A DNA stretch of 64,000 nt, from sequence record MN445183.1, one strand, 5' to 3'. The notes beneath the pieces are model-generated. The model was not told the DNA's origin, ran no database searches, and saw only the letters and a program-made list of their open reading frames with translations. Position numbers and translations under genes: made by a program. Shown in pieces: positions 29,199 to 37,828 of this stretch. Position 1 is the first letter of the stretch. Each line of letters begins with the position of its first letter.

Positions 29199-31688
29199 AT
29201 GCGCCTTAAGTATATTGAACTATACAATTACCAGCGTCTGAAGAACAAAGGGATCAACCGCATTAAGTTGACCTTCACGGAAATCATCCAGGTCATCATC
29301 GGAAAGAATGGTGGTGGGAAGTCGTCGTTGATTCGTGAGCTTTCTCCTTTACCGCCCGATAATGCCGACTACGTTAAAGGCGGGACAAAACACGTTATTC
29401 TGGAGCACAAGGGTCAGACTTATGAACTCATGTCATTAACCGGTACACCGTCTCGTCACTCGTTTAAATGCAACGATGTGGAGCTCAATGAGTCCAAGAA
29501 CCTCAGTGCCCAGAAAGAGCTGGTAGAAATTCACTTTGGCTATACCGGCGATATCCACGAATTATTGCTGGGTTTGGTTAACGGTGTGTCGTTCACTACC
29601 ATGACCCCCGCCAAACGTAAAGAGTGGCTGATGGCGTTATACCCCAACGACCTGACGTACATCACCAATTTGCACGACAAATTTAAAACCATGCTGCGAG
29701 ATGCTAAGGGCGGTATACGCACTAGCTCGACGCATCTATCGGGGCTTTATGACCAGCGTGGTGGTTCTACGTCAGTCGATGAGCTGCAAGCGAAGATCGA
29801 CACGTTACAGCTGCGTCGTGACCGCATTGCACGTTTGGTGTCTGACCAGGTTTCTACCGAGAACCATCAACTGAACATCGACAGCACTTTTGTTGACATG
29901 CAGAAGCTGGTTAACCGTTACCGTAACCCCATCACTTTAACACGTGACTACCGTAACCGTGATCACATTGTTGAATTGATTAACGAAGCCAATGGTAAGT
30001 TACAGCAGTTAGAATACGCTCATCAAACGCACACCAAAGAACTGAAAGAGCTGTCCAACAACGAAGTCTTTAAACAGGCGGCTACAGCCGAAGATAAAGA
30101 ACGTTTGGAGCAACAACAGCGCGATCTAACTGAGCAGCTGGCCCGTGATGAAACAGATTGGGCGATTGCTGAATCCAACTTCAGTGGGTTTGCTATTTGG
30201 TCGGTCATCATGGCCATGGATGAATTCAACCAGCGTAACTTTATCAATATCAATCGCGAGTTGTTAGAGATCCTTGCTGATATGCATCCGATGGGTAACG
30301 AAGATGTTACGGTGCGGCAGTACGACACGGTCATGAAGTTAAAGTATGACCTGGGCCCTGAAATCGAGAAGCAAACTGACATCGTTAATCGCATCGCGCA
30401 CAAGTTGAAACATCTGGACTCAGCTGACCGCACGGAGTGTCCGAGTTGTCACCACAAGTGGATACCCGGGGTGTCACAGGCACAGATTGAAGAGCTTCGT
30501 CAGCGTGGGATACAAGAGCAACAAACGCTGGACAGCCTTAGCGAACGCATGGCGAAATGTGAGCAATACATCGGTACGTACGCTCAGTGGTATGCGACCG
30601 CATCAAACTTCAACCGCTTTATGGCCGGCCATTATGAACTGCGTGATATCTTTACGTGGTTGATTGACCAGAAGGTGTTGTATACCGGTGCGTCAGATTA
30701 TGTCATGCAGTTAATGGGGATAGCTGGCGCGTTACCAACGTTCCACCGTTTAGCCACAACACGGCTAGAATTGGAACAGGTAGCTGGTCGTCTGAAGATG
30801 TTTGATTCTGATGCGTTAGAATGGCACAAGCGTCGTTATCAAGAACACGAGGATGCTTTGAACCGTGTGATTGAAGAACAAGCTGCTGCCCGTATGGATT
30901 TGGCTCAACTGAACAACGACCTCAATACGGTGGACGATGCGAACCGTATGGTGATTGAACTCCAACGGCAAAAGGGATACGTAGTTGCTCAGGTCGGGGA
31001 GTACGCAGCGCAGACTATCGCTGGGCTTGCGAATACCGAGCACCGTGAATTAGGTGATGAGCAACGCACCTTAACGTCACAGTTATTTAACAGTCGTTCG
31101 TTGGAAGGCACGATCCTTAGTACAGAACAACATATTGAGTTAATGAAACAGCAGGAAGAAGTATTGAAGTTGTTGGTCAAAGCGTCTTCCCCAACTGAAG
31201 GCGTAGTCGCCGAACAGCTGGCTGAATTCATTGAATGCTTTATGGGTAACATGAATGCCGAGATCAATGAGATCTGGGATGACGTGTTACAGATCAAGCC
31301 GTGTAACATGGAGAACGGATCGCTGTCGTATAAGTTCCCGTTGTTATCCGGTGAGTTCGATTGTGAGACCGCTGACATTGCTGAATCGTCTACGGGGGAA
31401 TCACAAGTCATTAACTGGGTCTTCCGTTTGGTGGTAATGGACTATCTGGGCTTTTCCGAATACCCGCTGTATGGCGATGAGATCGGTGCCAACTTCGATG
31501 AGAAACACCGTCCTAAGTTGATGGAGTTCTTAAAGAAATGTGCATCGTCCGGTAAATACAGTCAGATCTTCCTGATATCGCACTATATCGCTCAGCACGG
31601 CGTTTTAACGCATGCAGAGGTCTGTGCGTTGTCTACGGATGGCGTGGCTCTCCCAGAGCGTTACAACGATCATGTGGTCATGTCTTAA
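29199..31688 (+). CDS. SbcC/Rad50-family SMC ATPase
   Basis: Walker A GKNGGGKSS, coiled coils, CPSC zinc hook, signature SSTGE, Walker B LYGDE, ISH loop. Confidence 0.9.
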   Translation: MRLKYIELYNYQRLKNKGINRIKLTFTEIIQVIIGKNGGGKSSLIRELSPLPPDNADYVKGGTKHVILEHKGQTYELMSLTGTPSRHSFKCNDVELNESKNLSAQKELVEIHFGYTGDIHELLLGLVNGVSFTTMTPAKRKEWLMALYPNDLTYITNLHDKFKTMLRDAKGGIRTSSTHLSGLYDQRGGSTSVDELQAKIDTLQLRRDRIARLVSDQVSTENHQLNIDSTFVDMQKLVNRYRNPITLTRDYRNRDHIVELINEANGKLQQLEYAHQTHTKELKELSNNEVFKQAATAEDKERLEQQQRDLTEQLARDETDWAIAESNFSGFAIWSVIMAMDEFNQRNFININRELLEILADMHPMGNEDVTVRQYDTVMKLKYDLGPEIEKQTDIVNRIAHKLKHLDSADRTECPSCHHKWIPGVSQAQIEELRQRGIQEQQTLDSLSERMAKCEQYIGTYAQWYATASNFNRFMAGHYELRDIFTWLIDQKVLYTGASDYVMQLMGIAGALPTFHRLATTRLELEQVAGRLKMFDSDALEWHKRRYQEHEDALNRVIEEQAAARMDLAQLNNDLNTVDDANRMVIELQRQKGYVVAQVGEYAAQTIAGLANTEHRELGDEQRTLTSQLFNSRSLEGTILSTEQHIELMKQQEEVLKLLVKASSPTEGVVAEQLAEFIECFMGNMNAEINEIWDDVLQIKPCNMENGSLSYKFPLLSGEFDCETADIAESSTGESQVINWVFRLVVMDYLGFSEYPLYGDEIGANFDEKHRPKLMEFLKKCASSGKYSQIFLISHYIAQHGVLTHAEVCALSTDGVALPERYNDHVVMS

Positions 31689-31693
31689 TTAAA

Positions 31694-31722
31694 GGGGGAC
31701 TGCTCTGCGGTCCCTTATGCCA
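31694..31722 (+). terminator. Hairpin followed by TTATGCCA
   Basis: GGGGAC...GTCCCT stem then the motif variant. Confidence 0.55.
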
Positions 31723-31740
31723 ATTTAAAAAGGAACAATT

Positions 31741-33501
31741 ATGTCTCAGCCAAAAAAGAAAAGCGGTGGGCGTTACAAATGGACGCTGGAAACCGTTAGC
31801 AAACTGAAACCGATGGTAAGTGCCAAAGAGCATATTTCCCGTCGTGTCGCTATTAAGTTGGTACAGCCAACAACCGAATGGGAGCGTCGTGAATTAGAGA
31901 AACTGCGCTCACGGGCGAACAAGGTTATCCGCGGCGAGAACATTGACATCCTGCATTACACTGTCTTTGGTGTGACTACCTGGCACCCGAGCATGAAAGG
32001 GGTAATGCAAGAGTTCGATAAGAACCTTGCTGCCTTGACTGAAGCTGAAAACTTACCGTGTAAACCTGATTTAAAAGGCGTTGAACTTATCATCCATGCC
32101 AAAGAGTATGCGTTGAACAAAGACAAAGTCCTTGGTGACGCGTACCTGGAACCCGACCACATGCTGATGGTTTGGACAGGTAAAAAGTTTGAAGAAATAG
32201 GTACTTGCGATATTGCACCTATTGACCGTACCGAACCGTTATACCAGCTGATCTTTATCAAGAACCTCCCAACCATTCACGACTTACCTGACTCAGGTAA
32301 AGACGGTGAGATGTACGGGATCATGAACGGCAACACGCGTGATGCTGACCGTTACATGATGTGGGATAAAACAGCGTGGGTGGAAATCCAGCGCAATCCT
32401 GACGCCAACGTCACGATCCAGGATGCGGTTAACCAGCAGTTCCTGAAGCTGGCACATGAACAGATCGAACAAGACCTGATCGATCGTCTCACCGGACCTA
32501 AAGTCCACGAGTCCATGAAGGCGTATGCTCTGTTGACTGGTGTTGACAAAGTGAAGTTCGTGTCTGAACTGCCGACCTATGGCTGGTTGAAAGAAACGGG
32601 TACACCGGGTGAACTGTTTGACATTGCGGATGTGGAAGACATCGGCATCGCAACAGTAGCCTGGGATGGCCTGGATTGGGTAGATGTATTTGACCCGACC
32701 CGTAAAGTACCACAGCGTCGTTATCGCGCGTACAATGATCAAGCACCTGCTGCGCGTAAGAACCCGGTGCATGTGTTGTATGCTGCAACGGATCATGCGG
32801 CTGCTGTGCTGGACTCACGGTACGGACCTATTGGTTCCAGACACGGTAGCTTTGAAGGCACTACCTTCGTTAAGTATGCCGGTATCTGGGTGGAAGGGCG
32901 TACTTACGATGAGTACATGACGGTCATGCAAGCCGAGCTCAAGCAACCGCCTCAGCTGCTGTTTGTTAGCGAAGAGTGTGTACGTAATACCCCGCTAAAC
33001 GAACTTCGCGCCGGAATCGCGTACCTGGACAAAGCCAAAGACATCATAGCCTGGATCAACAACGAATGGACCAACTTGGGCCCGGTTCGTGAAGAACTTG
33101 GTCTGTATGCCGATAGTGAAGGTTATGTTTGCACTCGTTCCGGTAAAGAGATGCTGGCTAAAAAGCTAGGATGCGAACTCACCTTCGTTAACTTCGTTAA
33201 CAGCTGGACTCACTTACCTGACGATCCAAAGAAAGGTGATTATTACATGCTCACCACCGATGGCTTGTTTGATGAAATGCCTACTGCGGCGTGGGACGGT
33301 AGTGCGTGGGTGAACACCATTCCGCCACACAACCTGATTACGTTGCCGGTGATTGCTGAACCGCTACCGCCTGCTACTGGTGATGTTATCGACACCGTGC
33401 TGAAGCGCGATGACCGTCAGGTCGATTGGTCGTTTGTTGAACCTAAGCCTAACCCGAATAGCATCTGGGCGCGTCTTGGTCGTTGGCTGGGGTTTAAATA
33501 A
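31741..33501 (+). CDS. Hypothetical protein with repeated G-(D/E)-x-Y...W-x-G-x-x-W modules
   Basis: 586 aa; at least five copies of an aromatic module seen in translation. Confidence 0.75.
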   Translation: MSQPKKKSGGRYKWTLETVSKLKPMVSAKEHISRRVAIKLVQPTTEWERRELEKLRSRANKVIRGENIDILHYTVFGVTTWHPSMKGVMQEFDKNLAALTEAENLPCKPDLKGVELIIHAKEYALNKDKVLGDAYLEPDHMLMVWTGKKFEEIGTCDIAPIDRTEPLYQLIFIKNLPTIHDLPDSGKDGEMYGIMNGNTRDADRYMMWDKTAWVEIQRNPDANVTIQDAVNQQFLKLAHEQIEQDLIDRLTGPKVHESMKAYALLTGVDKVKFVSELPTYGWLKETGTPGELFDIADVEDIGIATVAWDGLDWVDVFDPTRKVPQRRYRAYNDQAPAARKNPVHVLYAATDHAAAVLDSRYGPIGSRHGSFEGTTFVKYAGIWVEGRTYDEYMTVMQAELKQPPQLLFVSEECVRNTPLNELRAGIAYLDKAKDIIAWINNEWTNLGPVREELGLYADSEGYVCTRSGKEMLAKKLGCELTFVNFVNSWTHLPDDPKKGDYYMLTTDGLFDEMPTAAWDGSAWVNTIPPHNLITLPVIAEPLPPATGDVIDTVLKRDDRQVDWSFVEPKPNPNSIWARLGRWLGFK

Positions 33502-33525
33502 TTTCAGTACTACATTACCTTTATG
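33502..33525 (+). promoter_or_regulatory. Early-type phage promoter motif
   Basis: TTTCAGTA-CTACATTAC-CTTT-ATG; matches four other intergenic copies and resembles the phiKZ early TATATTAC consensus. Confidence 0.6.
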
Positions 33526-33557
33526 TGGGTACCCAACTAATCCATAGGAGGTAATGT

Positions 33558-33938
33558 GTGCTCTATTTATTAACGATAGCCTTTCCTGGGTTAGAAGCAT
33601 CGGTACAAGAGACCATTCAGGCAACGAACTACGCAGACATGCTGGGTTCGGCGCAATTCATTCGTGCAGCGGTCGAGCGGATCAACTGCAGCGACCACAC
33701 AGCGTTAGATGTGTTGTTTGCTTACATCAATTCGTTAGACCCTGCACTGCGTGATTGGCCGTATGAAGCTGAAGATGATTGGCTGTTGTCAGATAACCTG
33801 AAGTTACTGGCGGATCAGATTCAGTTTATCATTCGTCCAATGATGCCGATTGGTGGAGTGCCCAAGTATTACATACACACCGATGAAACCTTAACTTTGT
33901 TAATTAATACATCAGACGGGTATTATTATGCCTTTTGA
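33558..33938 (+). CDS. Small hypothetical protein (paralog cluster)
   Basis: GTG start 6 nt after GGAGG. Confidence 0.7.
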   Translation: MLYLLTIAFPGLEASVQETIQATNYADMLGSAQFIRAAVERINCSDHTALDVLFAYINSLDPALRDWPYEAEDDWLLSDNLKLLADQIQFIIRPMMPIGGVPKYYIHTDETLTLLINTSDGYYYAF

Positions 33939-34326
33939 CAATCATTTATCGGGGAATATTGCGGCTTTTTTATTAAAGCTAAAAGAAGCCCTACCGGGGA
34001 CCGATCCAGGTTACAATAAATGGGTAGCGTTGAACTACCCTAAGAACACCTGCCTTTTACAGCAACAACGTCAACGTGTTATTGGTATCGCCCTTAACTG
34101 TTACGCCGTGGTAACGGGTCGTCAACCTGACCGTGATCAGATACGCCGAGTAATTGCCTGGTCAGAGCGTAACCCGTTTATTGTGGTCGACGAACACATT
34201 GCCGTAGAGCTTTATACGCGTTTCCATTCTGACGTTCCGGTACACCGCACTATGGTGACCTCAGTGAGTCGGTTGTGTATGAAGTTCCGTTACCCGCTGG
34301 TCGTGCCAGAAGTAATTGGTAAATAG
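33928..34326 (+). CDS. Small hypothetical protein
   Basis: 132 aa, overlapped operon arrangement. Confidence 0.7.
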   Translation: MPFDNHLSGNIAAFLLKLKEALPGTDPGYNKWVALNYPKNTCLLQQQRQRVIGIALNCYAVVTGRQPDRDQIRRVIAWSERNPFIVVDEHIAVELYTRFHSDVPVHRTMVTSVSRLCMKFRYPLVVPEVIGK

Positions 34327-34339
34327 TGTAGGAGGGCTT

Positions 34340-34645
34340 ATGCCACTGATCGTCGCGCAATGCGTGGTCACGGTGCCGTCTTTGTTTGGGGCTTATGCCA
34401 CATTCGGGTTAACGAATGCAGAACTCATCCAGCTCGCTGTGGACCACGTGAATCGTGGGGATGTCACGTTTGTGGAACATCCAGAATACCAGCGCTCTGG
34501 TTGTGCGTTCAGTAACACAATTGTTGATCTGGCTGTTGAGATCTTACAGCTATTGCCGGCTGAGTTAGAAACTGATTTCGATCAGCTGGCGATCATTGAG
34601 ATTAGCGGTAATACCGTGTGTCTATCACTCGAATTCAAAGACTAG
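34340..34645 (+). CDS. Small hypothetical protein (paralog cluster)
   Basis: GGAGG RBS before ATG 34340. Confidence 0.7.
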   Translation: MPLIVAQCVVTVPSLFGAYATFGLTNAELIQLAVDHVNRGDVTFVEHPEYQRSGCAFSNTIVDLAVEILQLLPAELETDFDQLAIIEISGNTVCLSLEFKD

Positions 34646-35071
34646 GTGACTTGTATGATTCACAATAAAGTCACCCCCCGTGTGATTTGCGTGGTTTACT
34701 GTCCTGACGCAATGACGCTCATACGCGACTTTGTGGACGAACAGGGTGACAACTATAACTGGAACATGGATTGGGATTCGGTCATGAAGGCAGCTGCTGC
34801 GGCTGCACGGGGTGACACGTTCAGCCCGCGAGAGCTTATCAAGTCCTCGTTGCTGGCAAAAATGGATTCCACCGGTTACAGTAAAAAATCGTTGAAGCAG
34901 TTGACGACCTTAGCTGAAGCAATAGGGCTCGCTGTTAAACACGCACTCCCAGGAATGTATCACAAAGGCGACAGCAAACTGATTCACTGCCGTTATCTCG
35001 AAACGACCAGTCAGTACTTCGTCTTTGAAATACAATTGTCTAGACCTAACACATTAGGAGATCTTGCATAG
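34646..35071 (+). CDS. Small hypothetical protein (paralog cluster)
   Basis: 141-aa ORF abutting the previous stop. Confidence 0.65.
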   Translation: MTCMIHNKVTPRVICVVYCPDAMTLIRDFVDEQGDNYNWNMDWDSVMKAAAAAARGDTFSPRELIKSSLLAKMDSTGYSKKSLKQLTTLAEAIGLAVKHALPGMYHKGDSKLIHCRYLETTSQYFVFEIQLSRPNTLGDLA

Positions 35072-35169
35072 TTACTCGGTCATGCGTGACCGACCCAAAT
35101 GCCGTGGAGACGATAGGTTGTATGTTTTTGTCTCCACTCAAAATATCCACGACTTTGGCGAACATACAA

Positions 35170-35904
35170 ATGAAAAACACTCTTTCATTCATCCGCATTT
35201 TCCTGCTCTCGGTAGCAGTGTTGTTTACAGGGTACGCACAAGCATCAACTTCCTCAAAGAAGGTTGAATTCAATCAGGCCGGCTTCGACAAGTACAAAGC
35301 AACGTTGTTGAAAGCAAGCAGGGCAACTGGTGAATCAGCGACCACGCTAGCGGCCTATTCATCCATCGAAACTAACCTTCGTGCTAATGTCTGTAATACC
35401 ACCGGCAGCGGTGCCTGTGGAATGACGCAGTTCATGCCCCGTACATGGCGAGGTCTGGTAAAAGACAATCACCGCAAGTATGGTTTGAGTAAAAATGTAT
35501 CTCGTTCTAATGCTTACGCTAACTTGGTCATGACGGCCGAGTACATTAAGGCGAATCGTGCGATCCTTAAGAAAGCGTTAAAACGAGATGTCAGCCCATC
35601 CGAGGTATACCTTGCTCACGCGTTAGGCCCGGGCAACGCCCTGAAAGTGCTGCGTGCGAATCCAGGTAAGAAAATTACCAGTGTCATTAGTGTACACAAG
35701 GGTAATAACAACCTGATGTATTCAAAAGGCAAATCCCTTACCGTGGCTCAGTTTAAAGCCAACATGCAACGAAAGTTTACCGCCCACAGCTCAGTGTATC
35801 GCCCGGCTGTGAACAACTACGTGCTCAATCAGATGCCGAAAGAGGAAGCCCTGGATCATCTGATCGCGCAAGTATCGACGACGAGTGGTGCTCAATCTTT
35901 GTAA
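35170..35904 (+). CDS. Lytic transglycosylase (SLT-type) endolysin with N-terminal signal peptide
   Basis: Catalytic Glu in SSIET, GMTQFMPRTW, YLAHALGPGNA; MKNTLSFIRIFLLSVAVLFTGYAQA signal-like sequence. Confidence 0.85.
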   Translation: MKNTLSFIRIFLLSVAVLFTGYAQASTSSKKVEFNQAGFDKYKATLLKASRATGESATTLAAYSSIETNLRANVCNTTGSGACGMTQFMPRTWRGLVKDNHRKYGLSKNVSRSNAYANLVMTAEYIKANRAILKKALKRDVSPSEVYLAHALGPGNALKVLRANPGKKITSVISVHKGNNNLMYSKGKSLTVAQFKANMQRKFTAHSSVYRPAVNNYVLNQMPKEEALDHLIAQVSTTSGAQSL

Positions 35905-35940
35905 ATTCTTACATAGTGCACCGATAATGTACACCAACAC

Positions 35941-35969
35941 GGCGGGGCTTCGGCCTCGCCCTTATGCCG
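35941..35969 (+). terminator. UUCG hairpin followed by TTATGCCG
   Basis: GGCGGGGC-TTCG-GCCTCGCC-C-TTATGCCG. Confidence 0.65.
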
Positions 35970-35995
35970 CTTTAATAAACCCGTGAGGAATTGAC

Positions 35996-36919
35996 ATGCC
36001 AACGCGTTCACTAATCGCATTCACCGGTGGATTGGATTCCACCTATGTGTTGCATGAGGAACTCAAGAAAGGACATAACGTCGAAGTGGTATACGCGTAT
36101 GTCTTGCAGGGTGAGTCAGGTCGCTTAGCGGAACTGACCGACCGTCGACGCATTCTTAACCACTTTAAGAACCTGTTCCCAGGACAGATCAAGGAAGAAT
36201 GGATTGTACCTCATGCCAGCATGAGTATTATGCAGATGACCAGCAAACGAAGACCACAGCTGGTTCAGCAGTACAACACCATGAACGCACTGATCCAGGT
36301 GATGCTGCAAAACGAAAAGGAGATCGCCTATCGGCCTATGACCGGCTGGCACTACTTGGATGTTTTAGAGCACAACCCCAATGAAGGGCAATCCGAAGAA
36401 ACTTATCAACTGTATAAGGACATCTTCAAATCACTGGTTCGATCAATGGACCTCGAGCGTGTGATGCTGTGCAATCTGCTAACACCTGCTTGGGATGTGA
36501 GTAAGCAAGAGATGTGGGCGTCGCTAGATGAATGGACTCGGGCAAACATTACGGTATCGTATCGCCTTTCTCAGCACGAGCATCGCAACCGCACTGTTAC
36601 GTTAACTGCTGAATCGACGTCCAAGATTGACGAATACCGAAAGATAGGATTGTCGCCCATTGGTGGTACAACCACACACCTCTCGCTGTTAACCCCGCTG
36701 GATCGCTATTTCCTTGGGGCTCACGCCAATGAAGGTGATGGCATGTGCAGTATCTTCGGTGAGTGTAAGAAGTATTACACGACGTTGCAGCCAGTCGTCC
36801 TCGGTGCGGTTAATCTTGATCGTCTTGAATTTATACAGAAGATAAGAGTCAAGACTGCCGAGATTATCGAAATCGTCACCGCCAATGCCCCGGAGCTTGA
36901 GCTCGTAAGTAATAGTTAA
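35996..36919 (+). CDS. QueC-like PP-loop ATPase lacking the Zn-binding cysteines
   Basis: LIAFTGGLDST PP-loop; ELxx..I..HF, GWHYLD and TPAWDVSK match the QueC layout; no CxxCxxC motif. Confidence 0.65.
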   Translation: MPTRSLIAFTGGLDSTYVLHEELKKGHNVEVVYAYVLQGESGRLAELTDRRRILNHFKNLFPGQIKEEWIVPHASMSIMQMTSKRRPQLVQQYNTMNALIQVMLQNEKEIAYRPMTGWHYLDVLEHNPNEGQSEETYQLYKDIFKSLVRSMDLERVMLCNLLTPAWDVSKQEMWASLDEWTRANITVSYRLSQHEHRNRTVTLTAESTSKIDEYRKIGLSPIGGTTTHLSLLTPLDRYFLGAHANEGDGMCSIFGECKKYYTTLQPVVLGAVNLDRLEFIQKIRVKTAEIIEIVTANAPELELVSNS

Positions 36920-36965
36920 CATTACTCTGTCATTTTGTAGCACGATTACTCGTAAGGAATTTATT

Positions 36966-37406
36966 ATGTCTGAACAACTCGCACAGCGTGAGCTCGTTTT
37001 AATCACCAATCATGTTATCGCTGACTCGGGTCTTTCTCCAATGGAAGTCAATGGTCTGATGACCCGCTTTCATTATTGTGAACTGGGATCCCCTGAGAAA
37101 CCATCCGTAGCCGATTGGGCGCCTGCGCTGTTTACACCGCAAGACGTGCGTGACCGCATTGAGCGTTATAAGACCATCAACCACGCTGACGTCATCGCAA
37201 CCATCAGTGACCTGCGTATTGATGTGGCTGGTAACCTGGTGGGCAAAGTGCTGATCAAAGACGGACATCCGAAATCAACAACCATTAAGAAGAAGATCAT
37301 GCAACCGAAATGCGGCATCGTGGTTCATCCTCGCATTGGTTATGAATACGGGTCATTCAACCGTCGTGAGGCCAAAGTGTTCGGCTTTGATGTGGGGTTT
37401 AAATAA
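36966..37406 (+). CDS. Hypothetical protein resembling the prohead protease fold with altered catalytic positions
   Basis: YCELGSP / GKVLIKDGHP / VVHPRIG / FDV pattern parallels T4 gp21-type motifs. Confidence 0.5.
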   Translation: MSEQLAQRELVLITNHVIADSGLSPMEVNGLMTRFHYCELGSPEKPSVADWAPALFTPQDVRDRIERYKTINHADVIATISDLRIDVAGNLVGKVLIKDGHPKSTTIKKKIMQPKCGIVVHPRIGYEYGSFNRREAKVFGFDVGFK

Positions 37407-37777
37407 TGTCTAAGCTATTACCGCTGTCTGAAGTACCCACAGACAAAGTTCATCCGTTCGGCACCCTGGCCGTGATTCCAGCAATAAAGGATAACGAACT
37501 TGGCACCGCCACCCGTCATGGAAAGCCGTTTGTCTTGCAACATGATAACGGTTTTTATTATCTGATCACCCCGGCGGTTGGCGATGCGCTGTGTAAGCTA
37601 GTCAATACCCTGACGAGCACTTACGGGCCAGTGGTCACCAACGAAGTTTACAAACGCGGAATCGGGATGGTGTGGTCTAAAGGTTCACAATCACCCCATG
37701 CGTACATTACCGCTGGTGTGGACGGTAAAGTGGCTGAAGTACGTGTAAGTGCAGCTGCACTTACATTTGAAGTTTAA
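37406..37777 (+). CDS. Hypothetical protein
   Basis: 123 aa, TAATG-coupled to the previous gene. Confidence 0.7.
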   Translation: MSKLLPLSEVPTDKVHPFGTLAVIPAIKDNELGTATRHGKPFVLQHDNGFYYLITPAVGDALCKLVNTLTSTYGPVVTNEVYKRGIGMVWSKGSQSPHAYITAGVDGKVAEVRVSAAALTFEV

Positions 37778-37781
37778 CACG

Positions 37782-37814
37782 AAGGCCGGGCAATACCGGC
37801 TTTCTTTTTTTTTT
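37782..37814 (+). terminator. Intrinsic terminator
   Basis: GCCGG-GCAATA-CCGGC followed by a long T-run. Confidence 0.75.
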
Positions 37815-37828
37815 GTCATGGAGTACCT

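Noticed and set aside
33554-33754. 66-aa ATG ORF overlapping 33558..33938
   Set aside because: The ATG is only 2 nt from GGAGG; the GTG at 33558 has correct spacing and gives an operon-filling ORF with paralog-like features.
35996-36919. 7-deazaguanine DNA-modification cluster
   Set aside because: No FolE, QueD, QueE or DpdA recognisable in the window, and the QueC-like protein lacks Zn ligands. Kept only as an orphan-enzyme finding.
37801-37814. Long poly-T runs (also ~6037, 46357, 56817, 58702, 59850) as phase-variation tracts
   Set aside because: All lie directly after GC hairpins in intergenic DNA and are explained as intrinsic terminator U-tracts.
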